Assembly (NCBI RefSeq): GCF_006345805.1
Contig: NC_042997.1
Span: 122,760,001 to 122,824,000, forward strand
Length of the DNA stretch: 64,000 bases
Direction: 5' to 3'
Source: Octopus sinensis
Lineage: Eukaryota
The notes beneath the pieces are model-generated. The model was not told where the DNA came from. It did no database searches and worked only from the letters and a program-made list of their open reading frames with translations. This document shows, in pieces, positions 11,523-24,992 of this stretch. Numbering within the stretch: position 1 is the first letter of the stretch; each line of letters starts with the position of its first letter. Position numbers and translations under genes: made by a program.

Positions 11523-12118
11523 CCACTGCATTTCCTGTTACGCTCTGTCTCTCTCTCCCTCCCACTCTGAAGAAGTGAAAGTTAATTGAATGATCAGGTT
11601 AATTTAGCCTAATTTGGCCTCCTGTTCAAGAGCACCTTCCCCGTTGTTTCTATATTAGATATAATGTATCTTTACAAAAATCCCGGTTAACGCAATACAT
11701 ATCAATCTACAAAGTATTTTATTTCTAAATGGACTCGCAAAAGTATTCACATTCCGTACAATTTGGTAATAACCAGATACAGGTTCCCATAGTCGATCCT
11801 TCTCCACTATGTTCAGTTTAGCAAGCTCGGTCCTTTCACTAGAGATTCGATAAACAGACTGACACAAAACCTACCTATTAATGGGAAGGATAACGACCCA
11901 ATAAAAATTTCCTTCCTCATGAGAATTGCATTTATGAATTCATAACATATTGTCATTCATGTTCATGGTAAATCGCATCAGAATGTCGTAAGGAATGTTT
12001 CCTTTCTTCAAATCATAGTTAAATCTGGATATATCTATTTTCTTTTTCGCACCTACCAGTGCTTTTATAGGATGTTGCTATCCGTGAATGAAGTTTCTAA
12101 CCTTTAATTGAGCTATAT

Positions 12119-12427
12119 GTGGAGGCGCAATGGCCCAGTGGTTAGGGCAGCGGACTCGCGGTCGTAGGATCGCGGTTTCGATTCCCAGACCGGGCGTTGT
12201 GAGTGTTTATTGAGCGAAAACACCTAAAACTCTATGAGGCTCTGACAGGGTGGTGGTGGCGAATCCTGCTGTTCTCTTTCGCCAAAACTTTATCTCACTC
12301 TTTCTTCTGTTGGCCTGCTCGCTTAGCCAGCGGGGTGGCGTCATTTAAAGGCTAAAACAATGCGAAGCGCATTGTTACCAGCGATGTGTAGCAACATCTG
12401 ATAGCCTGGTCGGTCACGGTCACGGTG
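12119..12427 (+). mobile_element. tRNA-derived SINE-C with (TCACGG)n tail and 13-bp target-site duplication
   Basis: A box tggcccagtgg, B box ggtttcgattccc; aattgagctatat at 12106-12118 and 12428-12440. Confidence 0.92.
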
Positions 12428-12631
12428 AATTGAGCTATATATATATATATATATATACATGTGTGTGTGTGTGGATATATTTATAATTTCACCAATGTGG
12501 ATTATCTTAAAGATGTTGTCTTCAAATAACTTTTTCGAAATATTAATCTTAATATTATATGTACGCACACACATATGTATATGTGTGTATTTGTGTATGT
12601 GTTTGTGTGTTTTTGTGTGTGTCTGTGTTTC

Positions 12632-13375
12632 TTGGTTGGTTGGCATCCTTTCTGTCTCGGGAGACAATGGAGTTGCACATGAAGTAGTCTAGTCCGGCTT
12701 TTATATTTCATGTCCTCATACATTTCCTGCTGTGGCTGTGTAGTCCTATCCTGGACAAACACTCCCTCTGGTAGGTACCGCAAATGTAGCGAAGACTGTT
12801 CCTGGCTGGTTGTAGTGCCATAGTCTCTTGTTTACGTCTCTTCCTTTCTTTCCATTTCTCTCCTCTCTCTGTCTGTCACTCCTTTGTATTCCCTCTTTTA
12901 CGGTCGTCGCCATTCTCGACGGTTGCCGGCAACTGCCTGCCAACCGCTAATATTGATGTTGCAGGCCTTCATGTCCCTTTTGCAAACATCCTTGTAACGT
13001 AAGATCGGTCTACCCACAGACCTAGTACCCCTAGCAAGCACTCCGTAGAGTATGTCCTTGGGGATTCTGCCATCTTTCATACGGCTAACATGCCGAAGCC
13101 ATCTCATACGTCTTTGTGTGAGGAGTGCAAACATGCTTGGTATTCCTGCTTGCCTGAGGACATCTTTGTTGGGGATATGATTCTGCCATTTGATGCGGAG
13201 GATTTTTCGGAGGCAGCGCAGGTTAAAGATGTTTAGGCGACGCTCTTGGCGTGTGTATAGCGTCCAGGTCTCACTTCCATACAGTAGAGTGCTGAGTACA
13301 CATGCCTGGTAGATCTTCATTTTCGTGGTCTTGGTCAGCTTATTGTTGTCCCAGGCCGTTTGGAGAGTTTCTAAG
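12632..13375 (-). mobile_element. RTE-clade LINE 3' fragment (RT C-terminus and 3' UTR)
   Basis: ORF 12898-13320 KIYQACVLSTLLYGSETWT...RRMRWLRHVSRM..GRIPKDILYG; short (ACCA)n tail. Confidence 0.93.
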
Positions 13376-13377
13376 AG

Positions 13378-13418
<41 letters not shown>

Positions 13419-13426
13419 TGTGTGTG

Positions 13427-13461
<35 letters not shown>

Positions 13462-14168
13462 TGTATGTTAATGCAATTGAAACAACAGTTGGTCTTTTAA
13501 GGTGTCATCTAAAATAACATATGATTTTCTTCTTACATATTGCTTGTTGTTAATACTTGAATTTCTTAAAATTCTGCCTAAGGAATTTTGGATTTACCTG
13601 TTATACATGAGGATTTACCTAGTATTCGTATTCTTCATAGATTTACTGTTATTTTCATGTCGGAAATTTAACTAAATTCCTTTATTCGCCACACACACCA
13701 ACTCTACGCATACACACACGATCACACACAGACACACACACACACTACAAACAAAACATACACACAATACATATACATATACATACACGCACACACACAT
13801 ACTTCAAACTACCAGTACCTTCACTGACCATTCTTCCACATTGGTAGATTAGACACAAGAGCCACTCCTAATTAATTATTCCTTGACCTTAAACAATACT
13901 AAGTCCTACCATAAACATAGATTAACAGCCACAACCACACACACACGTGTTATCATTGCACACATACACACATACACGCCTACGCACACGCAGACCTGCG
14001 CGCACATATCCACACTTATACACACATACCTCCTCTTGCACTCTCCTGTCTTTGAAAGAACTTTTTCTTCACCTATTCCTTTCCAGTCATTCAAAATATG
14101 AGCGCGTGTGTACCGTTGGCGATTTTTTTTCCTCCGTCTTCCCTTCTTTGGATCTTTCCCTTTCCTAT

Positions 14169-14203
14169 GTTTCTGACGAAGAGCTCCGCTCGAAACATTA
14201 AGC
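14169..14203 (+). ncRNA. decayed minimal hammerhead ribozyme candidate
   Basis: gttt-CTGACGA-a-gagc(tcc)gctc-GAAAC-Att-aagc; expected G16.2 is A. Confidence 0.45.
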
Positions 14204-14292
14204 TCTCCTTCTTTCCTGAGCGTCCAATAATACTATACTTCTTCCACGTCCTCGCGTTCTTGTCTTTTCTCTTTGTGTTTTCATGTTTGGAT

Positions 14293-14345
<53 letters not shown>

Positions 14346-14351
14346 GTATAT

Positions 14352-14644
14352 AATTGCAGCGTGGAAGGTATTTGTAAGCCATTTAAGAAACACACAAAAG
14401 CCGTTCGATTCACTTCAACATTTAAGTTTAATTTGTCAAAATATTTTCGTCGCTAAAATACGCGACCTGTTCACTGACAAAAATCCGTGCAGTACGAATA
14501 TATTTTGACAAATTAAACTTAAATGTTGAAGTGAATCGAACGGCTTTTGTGTGTTTCTTAAATGGCTTACAAACACCTTCCACGCTGCAATTGTTTTCGT
14601 TCCAGCACACGATCTCATATCAAATCACTTGCTATGCGAGTACA

Positions 14645-14650
<6 letters not shown>
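14352..14650. mobile_element. foldback MITE with ~99-bp arms (14352-14450 and 14494-14592); related copy at ~27765-27960
   Basis: aattgcagcgtggaagg...ttgtcaaaatat versus its reverse complement. Confidence 0.88.
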
Positions 14651-14677
<27 letters not shown>

Positions 14678-14681
<4 letters not shown>

Positions 14682-15305
14682 AAGTCAGTCGCCACATCAA
14701 AGTGGCTATTGAATGTTACTACATATTTAATCCTAGGCAGATACTCGTCCAGTTGGTTATCGGTGCAAAACGCTGCACCCTTTATATACAATGTAAAGTT
14801 AGCATGGAGTGCGAACACCTACTACCCTCTAGTAGCTATCAGGATCGCAGGATTGATTCAGTTTTGAGCTATTTGTTTCATCTTTTGTCTCGAGCACCTG
14901 CGCAGCAGGTCGATAATCAGAACCCGCTACCGCAAATAACTATATCATAAACAAAGTGACCGTCGGTCATTGATTTACACCAGGCGAAGTAGCTAGCTAT
15001 AAAATCTCAAGAAGTGATAGATTAGTAACGTATACTAAACAGTAAGGCCAGTCGCCACACGAGAGTGGCTGTTGAATGTTACTATTAGTTTAACCACAGG
15101 CTGATTCTTCACCAGCTTGTTATCGGTGCAACAGGCTCCACGTTTTATATACAATATATTGTTAACAGGTGGAACAAATCCCTAGTACACTCTAGCGACT
15201 AACAGGATCGTAGGTGCTCTCGACTGAAGCCAAATAGCTTAAAGCTGAGTCAGTCTCACAGTCATAGCAGTAACATTCGACATCCACAATGATGTGGCGA
15301 CTGGC
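14678..15305 (+). repeat. two adjacent diverged copies of one repeat (starting ~14678 and ~15041); second copy has 13-bp terminal inverted repeats
   Basis: gccagtcgccaca 15047-15059 and tgtggcgactggc 15293-15305; shared cagtcgccaca..gtggct.ttgaatgttacta...ttatcggtgcaa. Confidence 0.75.
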
Positions 15306-18300
15306 TTGTATAACTAGCTACTGTGCTGACCGTCTTTATATATGTTTTCGCGTGCATATATACCTGTGTGTGTGTTGATTACTAAGCGATTTATGAAGCA
15401 AGTGCTTCGGTGGCGATGTCGAACAAGAAGAAAATATCCCCGTTGTTGATAGCAACTTCGTTAGCTGTACATGTACATTCTATATTCAACGTGAAAATAA
15501 ATTTTAAACATTTAATAAACTGCTTTCTATCACATTGAAGTTATTGACAATATTAACTAAAGCCGGTTTTTTATCGTAGGATGGTATAAGGTTTATATTT
15601 TTCTGCAGTCATATTTATGACAGAAACCGTAACCATAAAACGAATGGGTCTCAAGTTTTGTTCACGATATAAGAGAGAAAATGTTTGAATTCCTTTAGAA
15701 ATTTCTTTAGAACTTTGGTGTCAATAAATACTTCTTTTGATATTTGATTCCTTTCAATCAATGACTTTCATTTGTTTGATGTTTTTCGCTTGGTTCAATT
15801 TTGTTGGCTATTAAGGGAATTACCGCCACCAATAATTATGTCCATCTCGTCTTATCTTCTTTTCACTGATGTTCTCCAGGAGTATTAAAATAGGACCGTT
15901 GCTGTCACGCTCCTTACTAAAAGGAAAAAAGTTTTCCCTGAAGCATGCGAATTAATTTTCGTTAATTAAATTGCAAATTATAACAATTTTATTCATGAGA
16001 CGCGACCAAATGCCTCTAGGTTTCTTGTTCTATGTCCAAAACTGAATGTAATACTTCAATAAGTTTAATATTTTTGGAATATATTTTTCATTATATATAT
16101 TTCTATATATTAATTTCATTCTCCTTAGCGCTTGCTCTCGGTTTATTTCTATTGCTTCCTATGAGCTGAATTTGATTTTCTCTACATAAACTTTTTATAA
16201 ATGATTTTGCTGTAGGTGAATATATTTTCCTTGATTAACTGTAATGTTTTCACTTACATGAGGGATACGAATAAAGCCATTATATGCAGTTTTGCTGTCG
16301 CCATTCCTACTAATAAAGCTCATGTTGACGCCATCATTCCAAGCATCTGTCGTATTTATGGATAATTATTTTTCGTCTATCATGATCAAGAATTATTTCT
16401 CGTCTCTTTCTTTTTTTTTGGAAAGCATCTCACGTATGGTGTTGGGATTTACATTTGTTTCAGTTACGAGGAATATTCTAAAATATAAAGTAACTTTTCG
16501 TGCGTTGCACAGAGTAGAAATACATACATACTGTATCATAATTCCTGCGCTTATATTAATTGACCCATTTCTTTACCTTAAAGTCTGTTTTGAAATATGC
16601 TATATTCTTATATCAACATTATACGTAAACCATTGTTTATATATATACAGATATATTCATAAACTAAAGTAATTTAAGTTATCTTTGCTTCGTTAATGAG
16701 TTTAAGATCTACCGTTACATGCCTACAAATTCAATGGAGACAAAGATCAGATTTTATCTGATAAAGGATATATTAACTGTTTGAAATTTCCTTTATTTTC
16801 CTTATGAACCATTAGGGAATATTGTATTTCAAACTTTTCCTTCTGTAACTCGGCTCCATTTTCATTCAACATATGTCATTATTGTTATTCATTCAGACTT
16901 AATTTAAAACAACCCCGAAGTCAGTTTCTTTCACTTATCTTGCATTCGGTTATGTGTGTACCTTATAATTACAAGTAAAAACATTTGTTCGTAGCACTAT
17001 ATCTAATCACATTTGTTTATCGATCAAATGAACTCGTGTTGTGTATGCCTCACTGACGAAAACTAATGATACAAAAATGTTGTTGTTGCTATCAGTGAGC
17101 TCGATAAAAACGATTAGTTTTTGCTTGAAAAGAAAAAAAAAAGAATTAGAGGATTTTAATTACATTTAAATCGTTGGAATTATCCTGCAGTTCCTATTTG
17201 TATTGCTACCGAGTATCTTTAACTATTATTTCTTTCAACTTATAAAAATTTCAATTCATTTTGAATTTTTGCGCTCGTCACTCAATGTAATTTTATACGT
17301 GATTTACCCCAATGAATGGGATCGGCTGATTTGAATTATATCACTTAACATCCGATTTTTAACATTTAAATTAACTAATGTCAAGTGGTGTTCTTAAGTT
17401 TTCTTTCATATGTACAAATCTTACTTAATTAATCGAAGGAAATCCAGCGTTAATACCGTCTGAAAAAATTCGATCTGGATTTTACTTAAGCATGAATTGT
17501 TAAGAAAGATTTTATACTATTGAAACCAATGCTATTTCCTTATGGCTTAAAGATATACGACAAAAATGTTTTGTTTTGCCCCACAGGTATAGTTTATATT
17601 ATTAACGAATAGCAGAGTTATTTAGGGCATCCAAATACAAGCGCTATTTGTGCTATTTTATTTACCTCGGTTTTGCTTTATGAAAATGATTATTGACCTA
17701 TGTTATCTGTAACCGTATTTGCTTAAGCAAATACCTATTTATTACGCGTGTTCTTGTTTACAACGCTGACCTTCACATTCCGATACCACCACAAACAAAG
17801 ATAGGTTTGGCACACACAATCAATGATCAGATTTTACACCGAAGATCGAAATATGTTTCTAGACAAATATATTTCTTAATTTATTATATTGTAGAATTTA
17901 TCCTTAACAAATGCATTTAGATTCTGTTTTCTTTGCTTTCTATTCATAAAACATAAGTGCAGTACAAATGATTAGGTGACATCATGCAGTGATTTTTATG
18001 TTTGTGACGTATCCCAATTCATGCTCTTCCTTCATTAGACGAAATATCCTTGTGTAATGTTTTTATTATACAATTTAGAAAGTCAAGTTTTATACATAAC
18101 ATATATATATATAGCCAATATATAGAAACCTATGCTTGTTGATGGAACTGCTATATTTTTAATTTACGCCTTGTGAATGAGGTGTACGAAATAATTAGAA
18201 GCATCTGTTTCTCATCCTAGATATGAGAAATTAAAGATTTTATGTTAAGCATAAGAAATACACTCCTTATTTCTTTGAATTAATAATCTCAGTAATTTGT

Positions 18301-19091
18301 TAAAAATGGCTGAATTTTTTTCTTCTGTTGCTCTTGGTGCGGAAGTTTAATTTCCTAAGTCATTGTTTAATTATTTTGATATTTTCTTGCTTGTTGCTTT
18401 CAGTAGATCCACTAATAAATTGTGCATATTACTCTCTGGAAATTGTTCGTTTGACTTACTTACTCTTTGTCAATTTTTAATATTAATTATACAGATTTCT
18501 CCCACAGAAAGTAATTCTGAATCGCGATCTCTGCCTCTCACCCTCTCTTTTACTTTTTTCTCCCATACTCCGTTTCTATAGATATATTCATGTTTTTTAC
18601 AGATTCATGCGAGCATGAACATGCAAAAGCCCAAGCAGTTGCAAAAGGATTAAGACCGGAGATTTTACTTTTATTTTAAAAGTCCTCGCTACTTTCCTTT
18701 TTTCATTAAGGATTATTTAAGCGTTAATTTGCTTTCTCTACTAAATACAAACCATCTTATACTTAAATAAGAATTCAGCATATATCATTCCGAATGTTAA
18801 TGCCCAGTTGATATCACGATGCATTACTGTTAACTTATAAAGCTACCAAAATTTTCAGTTTACTTACAATGTATATGGTTACCATCAGGCTCCTATGTGT
18901 TAAAATGTTAAGGTACCAGTTAAATATGGAAGCGAAAACTTCTAGTTTCGTCTTTGCATTTCATGTATCAGAAACGTTAAACTGTATCCCTCAAAATGCA
19001 GAATGCTGTAGAGAAAACTAATGTAATTGTATACGAGAATAGTCCAAGTATGTTAGGAATAAGATATGGTAATTATATAGTTATGGTGGAT

Positions 19092-19260
19092 AAGGTTGTG
19101 AACTGGCAGAATCGTTAGCACGGCATTTCACCCTTCCTCACGTTCTCAGTTCAAATACCGCCAATGTCGACTTTCCATTTCACCATTTCGGGTAAATTAG
19201 TACCAGTTGGGTACTAAGGTGCATGAAATCAATTTAACCCCTCCCTGAGATTGCTGGGTT
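19092..19260 (+). mobile_element. decayed SINE-B
   Basis: aactggcagaatcgttagcac...agttcaaataccgccaatgtcgac. Confidence 0.7.
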
Positions 19261-19764
19261 TGAGTCAAAATTATAAATCAATATCAAAATGGTAGATAGT
19301 AATTGTCATAAGTTCGATGAAAGCGAAGTCAGTGCAATTTCAGCATAGAATGAAAAAACATTCATGTGACAAAATGCCATATCACATTTATCAGTCTGTC
19401 TTAGATTCTGCAAATGCTTTAACAAGAATGAAGGCCAGTTTTGCTATTCGACTAATTCTGTTGGACAGATAGAAGCACATTCAGTAACATATATTTTGTA
19501 CACTGTTATTTTTCTGAGTTTGAGATATTCATGTAGATTATTTCTTTTGCCGTCCTTTAATGGGTCACCTTAACCCCTGAACATATTCTAACCTCGAAAC
19601 CCACACCGAAAAACAAAAACAGAAAATGTAAAGAAAATTTAAGAATATTCTAAAAATGATTTTCATTACGTATTCTTGCGATATGCACATACATATTTAC
19701 ATATATACATACATACACATGCATACGCACTTATGTTTGTGTGTGTATGTGTGTATGTGTTTGC

Positions 19765-19819
<55 letters not shown>

Positions 19820-20040
19820 GATTTTCCAGAATGTCTTTAGAGAAGACATTATGTCTGAAGAAAATGCAAATTGTTAAATGACTAAAAAAGAAAAGAAACA
19901 AGAGATATATGGTTCGATGGATGAATGTATGTATTGAAGGAGTGACTGATTAATGGATGGGGAGATCAGAGGAGGAATAGGTAGAAAATCAGATCCATAA
20001 AACGACAGACAGGGAGTCAAATAAATAGATAGAAAATTAA

Positions 20041-20073
<33 letters not shown>

Positions 20074-20102
20074 CAGATAGATAGATAGATAGATAGATAG
20101 AT
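20041..20102. repeat. (GATA)n tract at the 3' flank of the Tx1 LINE
   Basis: Direct reading. Confidence 0.95.
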
Positions 20103-23100
20103 ATGTTTCTTTATTAGCCACACAGGGCTGCACACAGATAGAACAAATTACAAGGTAGAGCTTTTCTTTTGAAGGTTTAAAAAAAAAAAAAAAAAAAAAG
20201 GAAGGGGGAGTTTCGATCAAAAGGGATCGTAAAAGGAGAGAAAGAGGACAAAAAAAAGGGGGGTTAAAAAAAAGGGGGGGGGAGAGGAAAAAAAATTGAT
20301 CAATAGGGATCGTTATCACAGAAATGTCAATATGAAGTGTAAAGGGGAGGACAGGTGAGGTTTACCCGTGGAAAGAAAAGCCTACGGAAAAGACCACGGT
20401 AACCTCGGTCAATGAAGTGACATTTTATATTTCTTTTTTTTTTTTTTTTTTTTTGCAAATAAGCAACTCTCTGTTTTCGATTTCTGGGTTCATAGGACTA
20501 TGCTCAAGGTGGCTTCGTCATTCATACGTGCCATTCTTGCTACATTCACCCATCTTTTTTAAAACATTCGCTAGACAAAACTTGCCTCTCTACTCTCACT
20601 TTCCTTTTCAAGTGGTACTTGAAGAAGTTGATGAGAGATTGACCAGAGAGGAAAGTGTTTGTCTCCAATCTTTCAGACGCGTCCACCAGATACATTCTTT
20701 CGCCATAGCCACAAGATGATGAAAATAGCTCTTCCTTCCCGTTTGAAGGAAGGAGGCGTGACAATATTGACGATAGACTCAGCTGATAAACCGACTCGTC
20801 CCACACGTGACAGCAGTTGTTCGACATAAGCCCACAGGTCGGAAATTGTTGGACACTGAACGAGTGCGTGCAGAACGGTTTCGTCGCACTGACTGCATCT
20901 CGGGCAGGTCGGCCCCGTGTTTCTCGAGCCGTGTCTGTAGAGCTTATCCCGAACGGGTAGCGCTTCTCGGTAGCACTGCCAGGCCAGGGATCTCTGGAAG
21001 TTGTCCATGGGCCCTGGCCCGAAAGTCGTCCCGAACAGGCGGGTCAGGTACTCCTCGTCGACGTCCAGGTTCGCCCCGAGCTCGTCGTCGTACCTCCCCT
21101 CCACTAAACCCCTATAGAATGCTTTGGTTGTGTTGAAGTCACTTAAGGTCGACCCAGGACGGCAGAGTTGCTTGAGAGCAACGCGACACTCGCGGTGCCA
21201 TTCGCCCTTCCTCGGCCTCTTTTTGATCCACGACTGCAGTTCGGTCATGGAGACGAGCTGCGGGAAAGCGTGCCTCACAAACGGCGACCACACCTGTTCA
21301 CCGTCGTCTACATAGAGCCAGAGATGTCGCAGTCTCAGCGCGTGTCTGCGCATCATCAACCACGGCATGCCCAGCCCTCCTTTTAACGGGTGTTGACAGC
21401 AAATGGATCGCCTGACCATCGGGACGCATCCTTTCCACAAGAAGCGAAAGAGGATGCGTTGTAGTTTGGTGATGGTAGGGTCGGGACAAGGTACGACGGT
21501 CAGGCGGTAGTAGATGACGGACGCGATGTACGTGTTCGCCACCTCCGCTCAACCTTTTAGGGACAGTTTCCTCTCGGCCCATTGCCGGGCGAGAGTGACC
21601 ACCCGACTCGTTATCTCGTTCCAGTTCTTCTCCACTTGGAGGTCCGGACCGAACCAGACCCCGAGCAACTCAACCGGGCCGTCGGTCCAGCGTCCCACGA
21701 CGGAGGCGCTGGTGGACGGCATGGGCTTGCTTCTCCAGGTGCCTAGTCGCAAGCCCACTGACTTTTCCCGGTTGATTTTCGCTCCTGTCACCGCTTCGTA
21801 GTTTTTCAGTGTCTCGCCGACCAGCTCGATGTGCTCGTGGCTTGACACTATGACGGTGACGTCGTCCGCGTATGCAGACACGCTCGTCCCGCATCCCAAT
21901 TCTCGCGGGATGCCCCTTAGAGTCGCCAGCTTCCGCAGTAGTTGCTCAAGAGTCAATACGTATAGAAGCACCGAGAGGGGGCATCCCTGACGGACCGAAC
22001 GTGCAATGTCGAAAGGTCTCGATAGATGTCCATTTACGCGAATTACCGAACGGATGCCTCTGTACAAGGCAGCTATCCAGCCGCGGAAGACGGGACCGAA
22101 ACCAGCCGCTCTCAGGACTGCCTCCAAGTATCGATGGTCTACCCTATCAAAGGCTTTTGATTGATCCAAGTTGATCAGGGCCCCACCCATGCCAGGTTCG
22201 TTAACTACCCTGTCTATGATGTAGCGCATCAGATGGAGGTTGTCATGGATGGTCCGGCCTGGCACGGCGCATGTTTGCGCCTTGTCGACCAGTTTCTCGA
22301 TGACAAGCGCCAACCTCTTGGCTAGCACCTTGGCCAAAATTTTCAAGTCTGCATTAAGCAGAGTGATGGGCCTAAAGTTATCTATTACATTCCCTTGTTT
22401 AGATCTTTCTTCAGCAGTGTTACGGCTCCTCGGCTCACAAAACCAGGAATGCTCCCGTTTTGCTGCCAGTTGCAGTACACCGCCGCCAAGAGATCTCCAA
22501 ACAAGTCTGGCATACAATTGTAAAGCTCGTAGTGTAGACCATCCAAACCCGGTGATTTGTCCCTCGAGCATTCTGCCATCGCTTCCCGCACTTCCGCCGC
22601 CGTGATGGCACCTTCGCAGCACCCTGCCTTTCTTGTCGAGAGTCGTGGTAGTCTATGTAGGTAGGCACTGAAGTCCACCCTACGTTCTTGCCCTCCACTC
22701 GTTCCGAACAGTCGGGCAAAATGCTGCTGAAAGGCCTCACACATTTTACTTGGCTCGAGCAATTCGCGCCCCTGTTCATCTACCAGTGACCGAATGGTGG
22801 CTTTGTTGCCCTGTTGCGCCTCTGCCACCCGGGCCTCTCTCGCGGCTCTAACACCTTCGTTCCTTAGAGCACGCATCCTAGCTCTGACAGCACATCCTTC
22901 GTGTTTGGCGTTGAAGTGTTGGTCGAGGGCCAACCTCGCCGCCAAAACGTCGGATGCGATGCCGCTTCTAATTGCCTCTTCTAGCTTCTTAACTAGCTCA
23001 CCCTCTACTCTATTTCTATCTATGGCTAGTGCTTTGCTGTACCTAATCGCTTCTGCTTTTACTGCTCTCTTGAGGGCAAACCACCATTTGTTGTTGATGA

Positions 23101-23802
23101 TGGCTCCCGTCAAAGCCCTCTTTACTAGTGTGCTAATCCGGTCTCTGAAAACTTGTCTCGATGGGAAAGACGCGTTTAGTTTCCAGTATCCGGGACCCTG
23201 CCTAAGTGTCTTACCTAAGTCTAGCGTACATGTCACAAGTTTGTGATCCGTGTAGCTGACTATGTGGAATTGTGGACATCCTATGCTATCTCTATCTACT
23301 GTCCTACACAGTATCCTATCTAGATACGATCTCGACGACCCGATGCGGTTGCTCCATGTCCACGTTGGCGCATTCGGGTGGTCTAGTCGGAACCTGTCAG
23401 ACAGTTGAAAGCGTCTGAGCAGGTCTCTGAGGCATTTGCATCCCCGTCTATTCCTATCTCTACCCACGTAGTCTACATGCGTGTCCAAGGTAGCATTCCA
23501 ATCTCCCACTAAGAGTAAAGGACGAGACGTTCCCAAGAAAACTTCTAGACGTTGAAAGAAATCCGCCCGATCTGTTAAGGGCGGTGCGTAAACTGATACG
23601 AGTCGAAAAGCGCACCCATTGCTGCCGTCGACATCCAGGACGACCAGTCTACCCTCCGGGTCTACGAATATTGTCCTTACATTGAGATCCAGACTCTTGT
23701 GAAAAAGTACCGCGGTGCCACTACCGCCCATTCTCGGCAGACAGGGGGAAAAATAAATGTTGAACTGTCCGCCAAACATGGTCTTTAGGGCCCGCGGATT
23801 GT
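20103..23802 (-). mobile_element. 5'-truncated Tx1/L1-clade non-LTR retrotransposon
   Basis: APE endonuclease (LLVGDWNA, SYLDRI, TDHK), RT (RPITLLNADLKILAK, LDQSKAFDRVDH, QGCPLS, YADD), C-terminal C-x2-C...H...C knuckle; 3' end aataaagaaac. Confidence 0.95.
20490..23802 (-). pseudogene. Tx1 ORF2 (endonuclease-RT), interrupted
   Basis: ORFs 22385-23779, 21549-22622, 20673-21542 and 20546-20827 join through four 1-bp deletions and one in-frame TGA (21549-21551); stop at 20490-20492. Confidence 0.92.

Positions 23803-23890
<88 letters not shown>
23803..23890. repeat. (GATA)n tract at the 5' flank of the Tx1 LINE
   Basis: Direct reading. Confidence 0.95.
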
Positions 23891-23892
<2 letters not shown>

Positions 23893-24959
23893 CAGAGTGT
23901 CAGACACAAAAATGCTAATCTTTATTACGATTTTTATATCAAAAAATGAAAGTAACTGTATAACAAGTATATGGTAATAACAATGATATTCATGGAATGT
24001 TAATAAGAGGTAGAGAGTTAGAGAGTGCACGGGAAGGATATATAGATATAGATATAAATTTTAATGCTATGAAAGTAACGTGAGTTGTTTGATTTATCAG
24101 GATCAGAGATAATTAATCAAACTCGAGGATTCAACGATATTTAGACTGTTTTCAAGATATCAATATAAACAGTGGAAATGTAAAATATATAGTGTAGCAT
24201 GTGTCTTGCTTGCTTCGCTCACCATTCAATCACGCTCGTTATAAAAGAAATATAGCCTGGATTTTATCAAATACCTTCTGTAATGTTTGTGCTTATATAC
24301 ATATATACGCAGACAGTAGTAAATAGGCAACCATATAATCATAAAACATTATTTAAATCTGGAATTATGCATTGAAGTTATTTAATAATTATTATAAATA
24401 TATTTATCTAATATTTAGTAGACATTCCCTTTGCATTTTTCACTGCAAGGATCCGATAAGGCATGGCAGTGATCAGATGACGAATATTCTTTTGGGGAAT
24501 TTCTTGCTATGTTTCATGTTGTAATCACAAAAGATTTGGCTTTGAAGATGCTTTCTTGTTCTTTTTATGAAGTACCCTATGCATTATGCCCCAGAGATAT
24601 TCAATAGGGCCCCTATCTGGTGACTGGCTTCACCATGGAAATGTGACAAGCCGTGTGACAAGGAATCAATCTTGCATAGATAAAAAAATGGGTTCTTTAA
24701 TCATTTTACCATTAGAAGTTGTGCTTTTCGAAGTAGTCCTATATACAATATGGACGTGTTTTATTATTAATTATAAAATTCAGGGTAGTAAAATATTATT
24801 TTAGAAATATTTTACAACTGCCGATAAAAAACTGCGCTTGTGCTGTGGATTTGAAAAGTTATAACATGTAAGCACGAGGCATGTTCTGTATTGCCACGGA
24901 CTTATATATCAATCTTTGGCTTTCCTGCTAACGAGAGATTCACCTAGCAAATTACTTTA

Positions 24960-24992
24960 TTTGCTGAAGATAGCTCGAAACCATGGTCCAAG
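24960..24992 (+). ncRNA. minimal type I hammerhead ribozyme candidate
   Basis: tttg-CTGAAGA-tagctc-GAA-ACCATGGT-C-caag; palindromic stem III and GUC triplet. Confidence 0.55.

Noticed and set aside
4035-12200. tRNA genes at the SINE heads (4035, 8775, 12119)
   Set aside because: A and B boxes are present but there is no full cloverleaf, and each continues into a repeat body
17053-17140. CTGACGA followed by a hairpin and GAAA
   Set aside because: No stem I or stem III, and extra bases before GAAA
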